From Candidatus Eiseniibacteriota bacterium (GTDB taxonomy: Bacteria > Eisenbacteria > RBG-16-71-46): DNA of 64,000 nt. Positions 52,722 through 62,694 of the stretch are shown here, one piece after another (within the stretch, counting starts at the first letter, position 1; each line of letters opens with the position of its first letter). The stretch covers positions 192,001-256,000 of the forward strand of contig CAVSAC010000010.1 in the NCBI GenBank assembly GCA_963725865.1. Direction: 5' to 3'. The position numbers and the translations under genes are program-made. Below the pieces are notes generated by a model. That model was given only the letters and a program-made list of their open reading frames with translations. It did not search any database and had not been told where the DNA came from.

Positions 52722-53621
52722 CTATCCCCCGTTCGTCTCGGCCGCGACGGGCGGCTGGGTCTTCCATCGCCGGTGGACCCAGAACCACATGGCGGGCCGC
52801 TCGCGCACCCATGCCTCGAGCCGCGCGGCGTGCAGCGCGGTGAGTCGCGTGACGGCGTCCTCCGCCTGCGGATCCGGCACCGAGAGTGGCGGCTCGAACA
52901 CCATCGCCAGTCGGCGGTCCGGCCGGCGATAGGTGACACAGAAGATCAACGGCGCCCCCGTGCGCAGCGCGAGCTGGGCCGGTCCCGCGAACGTACTCGC
53001 CGGCCGCCCCAGGAACGGCACGAACACCCCGTGGCGGCGCGCGTCCTGATCGGCCAGGAACGCCACCACGCGACCGTCGCGCAGCCGCTCGAACACGCGG
53101 CGCATCCCCAGCCCGAGCGGGACCATGCCGACGCCCGACGCCGAGCGCGCGCGTCCGATCCACGCCTCCACCGCCGGGTTGTTCATCGGCTTGTACACGA
53201 ACTCGATCGGAAAGCGCCGTCCGAACCAGGCGCCCGCCAGCTCGAAGTTCCCGAAGTGCGCGGTGACGACGATGGTCCCGCGCCCGGCGGCCTGCGCCGC
53301 CTCGACGTTCTCGAGCCCGTGGACCTCGGCCACCACGGTGTCGCCGGGTGCCGCGGCCAACTCGGCGAGCCGCGCGTACTCCATCACCACGCGTCCGAGC
53401 TCGCGGTAGTGCTCACGCAGCACCTCCGCACGCCACGCCGCGTCGTGCCCGGGGAACGCGCGCGCGAGGTTGTCCTCGGCCACCCGGCGCCGCACGCCGA
53501 GCCACCGCGCGAGGTCGCCGAGCCGCTCGCCGAGCACCAGCGACGCGCGCCAGGGCAGCACCCGCGCGAGCGCGGCCAGCGCCACGACGAACGCCGCCTC
53601 GAGCCGGTGGCGGAGCGTCAC
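52722..53621 (-). CDS. Lipid A biosynthesis acyltransferase (LpxL/HtrB family)
   Basis: AHFGNFE, LADQD, VPFLG, WFWVHRRWK. Confidence 0.92.
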   Translation of the reverse strand: MTLRHRLEAAFVVALAALARVLPWRASLVLGERLGDLARWLGVRRRVAEDNLARAFPGHDAAWRAEVLREHYRELGRVVMEYARLAELAAAPGDTVVAEVHGLENVEAAQAAGRGTIVVTAHFGNFELAGAWFGRRFPIEFVYKPMNNPAVEAWIGRARSASGVGMVPLGLGMRRVFERLRDGRVVAFLADQDARRHGVFVPFLGRPASTFAGPAQLALRTGAPLIFCVTYRRPDRRLAMVFEPPLSVPDPQAEDAVTRLTALHAARLEAWVRERPAMWFWVHRRWKTQPPVAAETNGG

Positions 53622-54511
53622 GCCGCGCCCCGCGCGCGCACGTAGCGCTGGCCCGGACGCGCGACGACCGCGCCGGTCCACTCCAGCTGCAGGAGGCTCG
53701 CGAGGGTCTCGTTCACCGAGAGCCCGGCCGCATCCGCCACCGCCTCGAGCGCGCGCGGCTCGGCACCCACGCACGCGAGCACGCGCGCGGTGGGGGTCGC
53801 GTCCGGCTCCGCGGCCGACGCCAGCACCGCGAGGACGTCGCCGGCATCACCGCACACCCGCGCCCCCTCGCGCAGCAGCCCGAGAGTGCCGCGGCTGGTG
53901 GGCCGGTCGAGGTCGCCCGGGACCGCGAACACGGGGCGGTCCAGCGCGCGCGCCGCGCGCGCAGTCGCGAGCGCGCCGCTCGCCTCACCCGCCTCCACCA
54001 CCACCGTGGCGGCGGCGAGTGCCGCGATGATGCGGTTGCGGGTCACGAAAGCGCCGCGGAACGGCGGCGGCCCCGCGCTCCACTCGCTCACCAGCGCGCC
54101 GCGCACCGCGAGTCGCGCGGCCAGCGGCCGGTGCTCGATCGGCACGATGGCGTCGAGCCCCGCCGGGATCACCGCGACGCTCACGCCGTCGGCCGCGAGC
54201 GCGCCCTCGTGCGCCGCGGCGTCGATGCCGCGCGCCAGCCCGCTCACCACCGCCACGCCGACCCGCGCGAGGTCCGCGGCGAGCGTGCGCGCGACGCCGA
54301 CTCCGTAAGGGGTCGCGGCGCGCGCGCCCACCACCGCGACGGAGCGCGCCGGCGGCGGCAGCGCGCCGAGCACGTACAGGCAGGCGGGCGGATCGGGGAG
54401 CGCGCGCAGCGCGTCCGGGTACGCGGCGTCCGCGCGGGCGAGCGCACGCACGCCCGGAGGCGGCGTGCGAGCGGCCGCGGGCGCGCCGTCAGGCGGACGC
54501 GCCGCCCGCAT
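53618..54511 (-). CDS. dprA: DNA-processing protein DprA (short N-terminus)
   Basis: YPDALRALPDPP, VVGAR, VSGLARGID, RNRII, EAGEASGAL; C-terminal winged helix. Confidence 0.92.
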   Translation of the reverse strand: MRAARPPDGAPAAARTPPPGVRALARADAAYPDALRALPDPPACLYVLGALPPPARSVAVVGARAATPYGVGVARTLAADLARVGVAVVSGLARGIDAAAHEGALAADGVSVAVIPAGLDAIVPIEHRPLAARLAVRGALVSEWSAGPPPFRGAFVTRNRIIAALAAATVVVEAGEASGALATARAARALDRPVFAVPGDLDRPTSRGTLGLLREGARVCGDAGDVLAVLASAAEPDATPTARVLACVGAEPRALEAVADAAGLSVNETLASLLQLEWTGAVVARPGQRYVRARGAA

Positions 54512-55163
54512 TCCCGCCGCCGCTCTCGGGAGCGCGCTCCCGGGTGGGCGGGGGCCCGGTGAGCAGCTCCCACTCGACGCCCTCGTCACTCGCTCGCACC
54601 ATCGGGCTGTCGTCCGGGAGCGCATCGGGATCGTCGACCCCCATCAGCTCCTCGTTGCGCAGGTAGCGCTCGATCCGCTCGAGCAGCGCCCGATCGCGCG
54701 TCCCCAGCTCGTCGAGCCGCCGGCGCCGGCTCTCGGCCGGCAGCCGGTGGAGTGCATGCGCCAGCCGGAAGGCGCCGCCCTGGTGGGCGATCGCCACCAG
54801 CGCCTCGCGCCCGGCCTCGACCGCCGTCGCGTTCGCGTCCTCGCACACCCGCAGCAGCGCCGGCACCGCCGGGCGCCAGGCGAGCTTGCCGAGCACCCGC
54901 GCGGCGCTCGCGCGCGTGAACCACAGCCCCTGCTCCAGCAGCGGCAGGAGCACCGGCGCACCGTGATCGGCCATCCGCAGGAACGCGCTTTCCGCCAGGT
55001 CGCGGAGGAACCACGACTCGTCGCACAGACACTCCGCCAGCAGCGCCAGCGACTCCGCGTCCGCGCGCTGCTCGAGCCCGCGCACGTACTCGCGCTTGGC
55101 GGCGAGGCCGCGGGCGTTGAGCAGATCGAGCGACTTGCCCGGGCCGTACTTGTCGTCCGTCAT
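54489..55163 (-). CDS. HEAT-repeat protein
   Basis: [30 protein letters not shown] helical repeats. Confidence 0.75.
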   Translation of the reverse strand: MTDDKYGPGKSLDLLNARGLAAKREYVRGLEQRADAESLALLAECLCDESWFLRDLAESAFLRMADHGAPVLLPLLEQGLWFTRASAARVLGKLAWRPAVPALLRVCEDANATAVEAGREALVAIAHQGGAFRLAHALHRLPAESRRRRLDELGTRDRALLERIERYLRNEELMGVDDPDALPDDSPMVRASDEGVEWELLTGPPPTRERAPESGGGNAGGASA

Positions 55164-56173
55164 CGTCCGAGTCCTTCGTCCGCGCCCTCGTGCGCGGGCG
55201 CGGCGATCAAGGTCCAGATGGCTTCCATGAGCTCGCGCATCCCGGCGCCGGAGTGCGCACTGATCACCAGCGCGTCCGGCAGGCCGGCGCGGAGCGCCGC
55301 GCCGGCGTGCGATTCGGGCGGCACCAGGTCCGCCTTGGTCAGCACCACGAGCCGCGGCTTGTCCGCGAACGCGCGGCTGTGAAGTGACAACTCGCGCTCG
55401 AGGATCGCCAGATCCCCGGCCGCGTCCTCGGCCGTGACGTCGACCAAGAAGGCCAGCACTCGGGTGCGCTCGAGGTGGCGCAGGAACTGCAGACCGAGTC
55501 CCTTGCCGAGATGCGCGTCGGCGATCAGTCCGGGCACGTCGGCGACCACGAACTGACGCTCCTCGTCCAGCGACGCGATCCCGAGGTTGGGCTCGAGGGT
55601 GGTGAAGGGATACGCGGCGATCTTTGGTCGTGCCCGCGAGACTCGCGACAGGAGGGTGGACTTGCCGGCGTTCGGCAGCCCCACCAGCCCCACGTCGGCG
55701 ATGAGCTTCAGCTCGAGTTCGAGCCAGCGCTCCTCGCCATCTTCGCCGGGATCCGCGCGCCGGGGCGCCTGGTTGGTCGCGGTCGCGAACCGCGCGTTGC
55801 CGCGCCCTCCGCGACCGCCCTTCGCAATCGCCACGCTCTGACCGTCGTCGACCAGGTCCGCGAGCGTTTCGCCGGTCTCGCCGTCCTTCACCACCGTGCC
55901 CCGAGGAACCTCGATCACACGGTCCCCGCCGTCGCGCCCCGAGCGGTTGTTCCCGGAGCCCGGTCGGCCATTCTCGGCACGGTATCGGGGCTCCTCACGG
56001 CAGTCAAGAAGCGTGCGCACGTGCGGGTTCACGCGCAGCATGACGCTCCCTCCGCGGCCGCCGTCACCGCCATCGGGGCCGCCCTTCGGCACGTACTTCT
56101 CGCGCCGGAACGAGATGCAACCGGCGCCGCCGCGTCCGGAGATCACATGGATGCGGGCTTCATCGACGAACAC
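55160..56173 (-). CDS. obgE: GTPase Obg/CgtA
   Basis: [39 protein letters not shown]. Confidence 0.97.
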   Translation of the reverse strand: MFVDEARIHVISGRGGAGCISFRREKYVPKGGPDGGDGGRGGSVMLRVNPHVRTLLDCREEPRYRAENGRPGSGNNRSGRDGGDRVIEVPRGTVVKDGETGETLADLVDDGQSVAIAKGGRGGRGNARFATATNQAPRRADPGEDGEERWLELELKLIADVGLVGLPNAGKSTLLSRVSRARPKIAAYPFTTLEPNLGIASLDEERQFVVADVPGLIADAHLGKGLGLQFLRHLERTRVLAFLVDVTAEDAAGDLAILERELSLHSRAFADKPRLVVLTKADLVPPESHAGAALRAGLPDALVISAHSGAGMRELMEAIWTLIAAPAHEGADEGLGR

Positions 56174-56218
56174 GTCCACCCCTCCTCGCACTCGGTTCCT
56201 GCCCGGGTTCCGCCCCGA

Positions 56219-58081
56219 TCAGGTCGCATCTCGCCGGTCCAACTCGCGCAGGCGTCCACCCACTCGCGCCCGCTCCGCGTCCCGCGGCTCCAGGTCGAGC
56301 CACGCAGTATAGCCGTGACCGCGAGCCAGGTTGCGCACCCCGAGGGCGCGACCGGCCGCCAGGCCCTCGGCCAGCGCCGGGATCTCGAGCTCGTCACCGA
56401 CCGCGACCTCCTCCGCCAGGTCCGCCGCGACCAGCGGCAGCACTCCGCCCGCCGCCAGCCGCGCCGCGAACCCGGGCGCGAACGAGCGCGCGATCACCGC
56501 GCGCACCCCGAGGGTCGCCAGCACCAGCACCGCGCGGTCGCGCACCGGGCCCGCCCCGCAGCGCTCGCCCGCCACCACGAACCCGCCCCCGGCCGCGCGG
56601 GCGCGCGCCGCGAAGCCGGCGTCGACGTCGGCGAACGTCTGCTCGGCCAGGAGCGCGAGGTCCGCGAGCATCGGCCGCAGGCGCGGCCCCCAGCGCAGCA
56701 CGTCCTCGGCGCCGACGTCGTCCCCCACGCACAGCAGCACCGGTCCGCGCGCGCTCTCGCCGGGCACGGGCGGCAGCACGAGCGGGTGCGGGCCCTCCTC
56801 CGACGCGCCTCCGGTTCCCGGCTCGAGGACCTCGCCCAGCTCTTCGACCGCCGACGGACTCGGACCCGCCTCCCGCCAGGCAGCCCCACGCGCGTCCTCC
56901 AGCCGACCCGCGAGCGCCGAGGCGATGCAGGTGCTCGGTGAGGCGAGGCGCCAGCGTCCCGCGGCGCCCGGCAGGTCCGCGTCCTCGACGCCGAAGCACA
57001 GTCCGATCGCCTCGGGCGCACCGAAGTCAGCCATCGTCGCGGCCATCCCTTCGGCCGCGGCGGACGCCAGGCTCGCGGCGACCGGCGTCGCGGCCTCGAC
57101 GCGACGCTCGAAGACCGCCGCGATCGCGCGGCTGCCGGGCAGCCCGGTGAGCGCCGCAGCGGCGACCGTGCCGTCGCTCAGCGCGCGCGCCAGCTGGTCG
57201 AATGCGCCCGGCGGCGTCGCCGCCCCGAGCACCACCGTCGCCACCGGGAGCACGCCCTCCTCTCCCACTGGGCGCGCGACCGGCGGTAGGGTGCGACTCA
57301 GCGTCAGCGGTACCAGGCCGTCGAGCGCCACCGCGCGGTCGAACGGCGCATCCGCCTCCGCCTCGAGACGCTTCCATTCGCTCTCGCGCCCATGCGCCGC
57401 GAGCCACTCGTGCGTGGCGTCATCGGAAGGCCACACCACCGCCAGTGCTCCCAGCTCCGGCGCCAGCGCGGCGGCCGCGATGCGCTCCTCGACCGGCACG
57501 GCCGCCAGCCCGGGCCCGCCGAACTCCACCACGCAGCCGCGCAGCGCCGCGGCGCGCGGCGAGCCGGCGAGCACCATCATCAGGTCGGCGGCATCCACCG
57601 CGGCGGGGAACTCGCCCTCGAGCGCGATGCGCACCACCCGCGGGCGCTCGAGCACGCAGGCGGCACCGGCCCACACCGCCGCCAGCTCCAGCGCATCCGC
57701 GGCCAACGCGAGCGTGCCCAGCCCACCGGCGCCCGCAAGCGAGGCGCCGCAGCCCAGCGCGAGCCGACCGGGGGCCGCGTAGTGCTCGACGTGCACGCGC
57801 CCCGCGCGTCCGAGGCCGGGGGGTGCGAAGCGCGCGCCGATGCGAGCCGCGGCGTGCTGCAGGCGCGTGCCTCCGAGCACCTCGAGCGCGTCCCGGGTGT
57901 CCGCGCACACCAGCGCCAGCTCGGTGCGCGCCGCCTCGACGCCCGTCGCGGCGAACGCGGCGAGCACCAGCAGCGCGTCGTCCCCGGCCGCGATCGCGTG
58001 ATCCACGCGCACAGCGAGCGGCTCGCCCACGCCGGAGGTCGCGTGCGCGTCGAGCAGCTGGTCGGTCAGCGAGCGCGCCAT
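56219..58081 (-). CDS. Aconitase-family protein with degenerate active site (pseudo-aconitase)
   Basis: Colinear with single-chain aconitases of about 640 aa (EFGGPG, ELGA..WPSD, LASP, VGDD, LGVRAVIARSFA), but the Cys ligands and catalytic motifs are replaced. Confidence 0.85.
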   Translation of the reverse strand: MARSLTDQLLDAHATSGVGEPLAVRVDHAIAAGDDALLVLAAFAATGVEAARTELALVCADTRDALEVLGGTRLQHAAARIGARFAPPGLGRAGRVHVEHYAAPGRLALGCGASLAGAGGLGTLALAADALELAAVWAGAACVLERPRVVRIALEGEFPAAVDAADLMMVLAGSPRAAALRGCVVEFGGPGLAAVPVEERIAAAALAPELGALAVVWPSDDATHEWLAAHGRESEWKRLEAEADAPFDRAVALDGLVPLTLSRTLPPVARPVGEEGVLPVATVVLGAATPPGAFDQLARALSDGTVAAAALTGLPGSRAIAAVFERRVEAATPVAASLASAAAEGMAATMADFGAPEAIGLCFGVEDADLPGAAGRWRLASPSTCIASALAGRLEDARGAAWREAGPSPSAVEELGEVLEPGTGGASEEGPHPLVLPPVPGESARGPVLLCVGDDVGAEDVLRWGPRLRPMLADLALLAEQTFADVDAGFAARARAAGGGFVVAGERCGAGPVRDRAVLVLATLGVRAVIARSFAPGFAARLAAGGVLPLVAADLAEEVAVGDELEIPALAEGLAAGRALGVRNLARGHGYTAWLDLEPRDAERARVGGRLRELDRRDAT

Positions 58082-58094
58082 GTCGGGCGCCGCC

Positions 58095-58373
58095 TCACTC
58101 GCCGCTGGGGGACTTCGAGGGACCTGCCGGCTTCTCCGGCTTGGGATTCTCCGGCTTGGGCTTCTCCTGCTTCGCGCGTTCCTTGTAGTCCTTGCTCCGG
58201 TGGTCCGTGATGTAGAAGCCGGAGCCCTTGAACAGCAGTCCTGCGCCGCCGGCCGGCACGCGTTCGGTCCTGCCGCGGCACTTCGGGCAGCGCTTCGGCG
58301 CGTCGTCCTTGATGCTGTGGAACAGCTCGAAGCGATGCCCGCACTTGGAGCACCGGTAGTCGTAGGTCGGCAT
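58095..58373 (-). CDS. FmdB-family zinc-ribbon protein
   Basis: MPTYDYRCSKCG...CPKC...FKGSGFYITD. Confidence 0.92.
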   Translation of the reverse strand: MPTYDYRCSKCGHRFELFHSIKDDAPKRCPKCRGRTERVPAGGAGLLFKGSGFYITDHRSKDYKERAKQEKPKPENPKPEKPAGPSKSPSGE

Positions 58374-58400
58374 GCGACGTCCTCCTCGGATCACCCGGGC

Positions 58401-59420
58401 TCAGGTGCCCGGCACCGTGGCCGGCGCCTGCGCGAGCAGACAGGCGATGGTGGAGACCTCCACGATGTCCTCGGCGGAGCAGCCGCGCGACAGATCGTTG
58501 GCCGGGCGCGCGAGCCCCATGACGATGGGACCGATGGCCTCGGCTCCCGCGAGCCGCTGGACCAGCTTGTAGCCGATGTTCCCCGCATCGAGATCGGGGA
58601 ACACCAGCACGTTGGCGTGCCCGGCGACGGTGCTGTCCGCGGCCTTGCGGCGGCCGATCTCGGGCACGATCGCAGCGTCGAGTTGCAGCTCGCCGTCGAT
58701 GTGCTGATCGGGACGCCGCTCGCGCGCGAGCCGCACCGCTTCGCGGACCTTGTCGACGTCGGGATGCTGGGCGCTGCCGCGCGTGGAGAACGACAGGAAA
58801 GCGGTGTGGGGTACCTCGCCGGTGAGCCGCTGGAACTGCTCCGCCGCCGTCACGCCGATCTCGGCCAACTGCGTGGCGTCGGGATTCGGCACCACCGCAC
58901 AGTCCGCGAACATCAGCACGCGCTCGGACGCCGCGCCGCCCGACCCCTTGAGCACCATCAGGAAGAACGACGCCACGGTCTTCACTCCGGGCGCCAACCC
59001 GATCAGCCAGATCGCCGGACGCAGCACGTCCGACGTCGGGCGCGTGGACCCCCCCACGAAGCAGTCGGCCCGTCCCTCCCGCACGCGCGCCGCGGCCTGG
59101 AACATCGGATCGCGCGCGTAGCGCTCGCGGTCGGCCGGGCCCAGGCGCTCGCCACGGGCCGCCTGCAGCGCGGTCGACGCGCGCGCGATCTCCTCGCCCG
59201 CGGTGGCATCGATCGTCGTCACCCCGGTGAGCGCGACGTCGACCTTGCGGGCGGTGGCCTTGAGCACGGCCGGATCCCCGATCAGCGCGACCTCCGCGAG
59301 CCGGTCGCGCGCCAATCGATCGGCGGCGCGCACCACGCGCTCGTCGTGGCCTTCGGTGAGGATCAGTCGCCGGGGTCTGAGGCTGGCCTGCCGGCGCAGG
59401 CGTTCCATCAAAGCGGTCAT
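58401..59420 (-). CDS. pta: Phosphate acetyltransferase (short form)
   Basis: [41 protein letters not shown]. Confidence 0.94.
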   Translation of the reverse strand: MTALMERLRRQASLRPRRLILTEGHDERVVRAADRLARDRLAEVALIGDPAVLKATARKVDVALTGVTTIDATAGEEIARASTALQAARGERLGPADRERYARDPMFQAAARVREGRADCFVGGSTRPTSDVLRPAIWLIGLAPGVKTVASFFLMVLKGSGGAASERVLMFADCAVVPNPDATQLAEIGVTAAEQFQRLTGEVPHTAFLSFSTRGSAQHPDVDKVREAVRLARERRPDQHIDGELQLDAAIVPEIGRRKAADSTVAGHANVLVFPDLDAGNIGYKLVQRLAGAEAIGPIVMGLARPANDLSRGCSAEDIVEVSTIACLLAQAPATVPGT

Positions 59421-59986
59421 CGCCGCCCCCCTGTTCGATTGGAAGCTCGTGCCTTCGCTCCACCGGATCCGCGCGTCGCGCGCGCCGCCGCGGACGCCTC
59501 GGCGCGCAACCGCGCGCGCAAGCGGCCCTCGACCAGGCGCGGCACCAGGCCGCGCACGTTCCCGCCGAGGCGGGCGACCTCCTTCACCAGCGTGGAGTTC
59601 AAGTAGGTGTACTCCTGACTCGGCATCATGAACACCACCTCGACGGTGGGGGCGAGCCGACGATTCATCAACGCCATCTGGAACTCGTACTCGAAATCGC
59701 TGACCGCCCGGATGCCGCGGATGATCGCGCTCGCTCCCACGCGACGTGCGCAGTCCACGAGCAGGTCCTCGAACGCGATCACCTCGACGCGCGGCAGCGC
59801 CCGCACCGCGAGCTGAATCATCTCGACGCGCTCCTCGACCGAGAACAGCGTGCCCTTGGCCGGGCTGGGCGCGACCGCCACGACGACGCGGTCGAAGATG
59901 CGCGTCGCGCGCTCGGTCAGATCGAGGTGGCCATTCGTGTAGGGATCGAACGTGCCGGGGAACAGCGCGATCCGAACGGGTCTCAT
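59417..59986 (-). CDS. coaD: Pantetheine-phosphate adenylyltransferase
   Basis: [24 protein letters not shown]. Confidence 0.97.
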   Translation of the reverse strand: MRPVRIALFPGTFDPYTNGHLDLTERATRIFDRVVVAVAPSPAKGTLFSVEERVEMIQLAVRALPRVEVIAFEDLLVDCARRVGASAIIRGIRAVSDFEYEFQMALMNRRLAPTVEVVFMMPSQEYTYLNSTLVKEVARLGGNVRGLVPRLVEGRLRARLRAEASAAARATRGSGGAKARASNRTGGRR

Positions 59987-60567
59987 GCCTCGGCCTCCTG
60001 GTCTTCGGGCCAGGCCGCCGCGCCCACCCGATACACGCTCACCTGGGTCTCGCCGTAGCGCCGCTCGCGCTCGCGCGCCAGCACGCCCGCCTGTCCCGGG
60101 ACCACGTCCTTGAGATGATGCTCCACCACCACGCGGGCGCCGACCGGCAGCAGCCCGCGCTCGCCGAGCGCCGCCAGCGTGGCGCGGGCCTCCGCTCCGC
60201 CGTACGGCGGGTCCGCCAGAACCAGGTCCGCGATCGCCAGCGCGGGCCGCATCCGTCCGAGCGCCTGCGGCAGCGACAGCGGCCAGACCGTGGATCGCGC
60301 ACCCAACTCCAGCGCCCCCAGATTGGCCCTCAGGATGCGCAGCGCCCCGGGATCCGATTCCACCAGGTCCGCGTGCGCCGCCCCTCGGGACAGCGCCTCG
60401 ATCGCGAGCGCACCCGAACCGGCGAACAGGTCCACGACCCGCAGGCCGGCGAACGGCTCCAGCATCATGAACAGTGCCTCGCGTACGCGGTCGGACGTGG
60501 GCCGGGTCCGCGCGCCGCGCGGCGCCGCCAGGCGCCGTCCCCCGAGCGAACCCGCGATGACACGCAC
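59983..60567 (-). CDS. rsmD: 16S rRNA m2G966 methyltransferase
   Basis: [35 protein letters not shown]. Confidence 0.95.
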   Translation of the reverse strand: MRVIAGSLGGRRLAAPRGARTRPTSDRVREALFMMLEPFAGLRVVDLFAGSGALAIEALSRGAAHADLVESDPGALRILRANLGALELGARSTVWPLSLPQALGRMRPALAIADLVLADPPYGGAEARATLAALGERGLLPVGARVVVEHHLKDVVPGQAGVLARERERRYGETQVSVYRVGAAAWPEDQEAEA

Positions 60568-60657
60568 GCTGGGCACCTTCTCACGGGGGGTGCGGGGGCC
60601 GTCAAGCCGCGCCGCCCGCGTCGCCGCGACCACGGCGCGGACCGGGCACCCCTGCGT

Positions 60658-61281
60658 TCACTCCCACGGGATCACGGCGATGCCCGACGGCGCGCGGAGC
60701 ACGAACGCCTCGCGACCGCGTGCGCGCGAGAATCGCCAGTCGCGCAGCCGCCAGTCGGAGCGCTCCGCGCCCACCTGGGTCTCGAGCCGCGCAGGCAGCC
60801 CGTCGAGTCCCAGCGTGACCCACGCGCTGTCCACCGCGCCGCGCTGCGGCACCAGCCGGTAGCGGCGGGCCCCCAGCGCCGTCTCCTGGAGGCGCGCCGC
60901 GGCCGTTCCGCCGATCAGCAAGGTCCAGACGTCGAGCAGCGGGGCGACCCGGCCGGGCCCCAAGCGCAGCATCTGACCCAGCGCCGGCTGCAGCCACTCC
61001 CCGCCGTCGCTTCGGCAGGTCATGCGCTCGCCGCTGCCGGCGATGTCGAGCCGCGCGCGGTCCGGAGGCTCCAGCACCAGCGTGCCCTGCCATGCGCGGC
61101 GGATCGTCTCGTCCCGGGTCGGGCGTCGCTCGATCCGCACCTCGGCGCGCCCCCGCTGCTGGAGGCGCACGAGCAGCGCGGCGGCGGCGCGCGCGGGCGC
61201 CGCCGTGGCCGCCGGCGCGCCGCTCGCCACCGCGCACGCCAGCGCCAGCGCCAGCACCCGCGCCGCGCCGCGCGCGCTCAT
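60658..61281 (-). CDS. LolA-like periplasmic protein
   Basis: Signal peptide; QGTLVLEPPDRARLD..., DGGEW and C-terminal AFVLRAPSGIAVI resemble the LolA pattern; 207 aa. Confidence 0.65.
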   Translation of the reverse strand: MSARGAARVLALALACAVASGAPAATAAPARAAAALLVRLQQRGRAEVRIERRPTRDETIRRAWQGTLVLEPPDRARLDIAGSGERMTCRSDGGEWLQPALGQMLRLGPGRVAPLLDVWTLLIGGTAAARLQETALGARRYRLVPQRGAVDSAWVTLGLDGLPARLETQVGAERSDWRLRDWRFSRARGREAFVLRAPSGIAVIPWE

Positions 61282-62084
61282 GGACCCACCAGCCGCACCA
61301 GCGCGGCGCGCAGGTCGCCGAGCGTCCAGCGCTGCGCCTGCTCCGGGATGCGGACCGTCACGCGATCGCGATCGTCGGCCGTCACGAACCGCGCGAGATC
61401 CGTGCGGCACGTCAGGCGGAAGCGACCCTCGCCGTCGGTGAACTCGAGCAACGCGGGCCACGCGACGTGCTCGACCGACATCCACTGGAGATACGTCGCG
61501 CGCCACGGCGGGCGCCCGGGGCGCCACACCTCGACCCAGGCCGGCAGTCCGCTCGATGCGAGCGCGAGCGCGAGGCTGTCCGGCCCCTCCCGCCAGCGCA
61601 CGACCGACAGCGATTCGATCCCCGAGGGGGCGACCCATGCGCTGTCGGGCGGGCTCCAGAGCCCACTCCACGCGCGAAAGGCCAGCCTCCCCGGCGCCGT
61701 CAGTCCGAGCGAATCGGCGAACGCGTCGAGCTCCAGTCCGACGAGTCGCGACGGCACGAATGCCGCGACTGTGTCGCCGCGCGCCCCGATGTCGAGCGCG
61801 GTCCCGAACAGCGACGCCACGCGCAGGCGCGCGGCATCCGGCGCCGCCAGCGCGAGCCGCCCTTCCAGCGCCGGCAGCCGGTCCCCGGACGTGGTCGCGA
61901 GCCACAGCGCGAGGTCGGCGTCCACCGCGCGGGCGGCGTCCCGCCGCGCGGCCGCCAGGGACTCGAAGCGCGAGCGCAGCGCCGGCGAGACGAACTCGGG
62001 AGGAGCCAGCCGATGCGGTGCGCAGCCGCCCGTGGCGAGCACCAGGCCGAGCGCCGCCCACGCCGCGATCCGCGCGCGGCTCAT
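61278..62084 (-). CDS. Lipoprotein, LolB/DUF4292-like
   Basis: Lipobox TGG-C; PDAARLRVASLFG motif; beta-rich; 268 aa. Confidence 0.55.
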   Translation of the reverse strand: MSRARIAAWAALGLVLATGGCAPHRLAPPEFVSPALRSRFESLAAARRDAARAVDADLALWLATTSGDRLPALEGRLALAAPDAARLRVASLFGTALDIGARGDTVAAFVPSRLVGLELDAFADSLGLTAPGRLAFRAWSGLWSPPDSAWVAPSGIESLSVVRWREGPDSLALALASSGLPAWVEVWRPGRPPWRATYLQWMSVEHVAWPALLEFTDGEGRFRLTCRTDLARFVTADDRDRVTVRIPEQAQRWTLGDLRAALVRLVGP

Positions 62085-62608
62085 GCGAGCGCGGACGCCA
62101 GGGCCGCGAGCACCGTCGTCGCGACCGCGTCGGGCGTGCGGCCGTCGGTCGCGACCCGCACGTGGGCGAGCGCGGCGTACGCGGGGCCACGGCGCGCCAG
62201 CATCGCCTCCAGTCGCTGCTCCGGCGCCTCGCCGGCCAGCAGCGGCCGGCTGTCGAGCTCGGGCGCCAGGCGCCGCAGGGCCTCGGCGGGCGCCACCTGG
62301 AGCCACACCACGCGGCAGCGCGCCGCGAGCAGCGCGCGCGCGCCGTCGTCCTCCACGATGCCGCCCCCGCACGCGATCACCGCCGCGTCCGCGAGGGCGG
62401 CCGCCAGCGTCTCGCGCTCCTGGACGCGGAACCACGCCTCGCCCTCGCGGGCGAACAGCGTGGTCACTGGCGCGCCGTGGCGCGCCGCGATCTCGGCGTC
62501 GAGGTCGCGCACCCGGCCGCCGAGGCGCTCGCCGAGCGCGCGCGCGACCGCGGATTTGCCGGCACCGCTGAGTCCGATGAGCGCGAGAGGGCGGAACGGG
62601 TCGATCAC
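62081..62608 (-). CDS. aroK: Shikimate kinase
   Basis: GLSGAGKS, DLD, GEAWFR, CGGG, RPLL; conserved pilQ-aroK synteny. Confidence 0.94.
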   Translation of the reverse strand: MIDPFRPLALIGLSGAGKSAVARALGERLGGRVRDLDAEIAARHGAPVTTLFAREGEAWFRVQERETLAAALADAAVIACGGGIVEDDGARALLAARCRVVWLQVAPAEALRRLAPELDSRPLLAGEAPEQRLEAMLARRGPAYAALAHVRVATDGRTPDAVATTVLAALASALA

Positions 62609-62647
62609 GCCCGCAGCCTAGCACAGCGCGCGCGGCCCCCAGACGGA

Positions 62648-62677
62648 ACGGCCGCCGGTCGGAGGACCGGCGGCCGT
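62648..62677 (-). terminator. Terminator-like hairpin after pilQ
   Basis: 13-bp stem ACGGCCGCCGGTC/GACCGGCGGCCGT with a 4-nt loop, short U-poor tail. Confidence 0.55.
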
Positions 62678-62694
62678 CGCGCGTGTGCGAAGGA

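Noticed and set aside
60575..60605. Promoter for rsmD (TTGACG-N19-GAAGGT)
   Set aside because: Weak -10 and a long spacer across homopolymer runs; not supportable.
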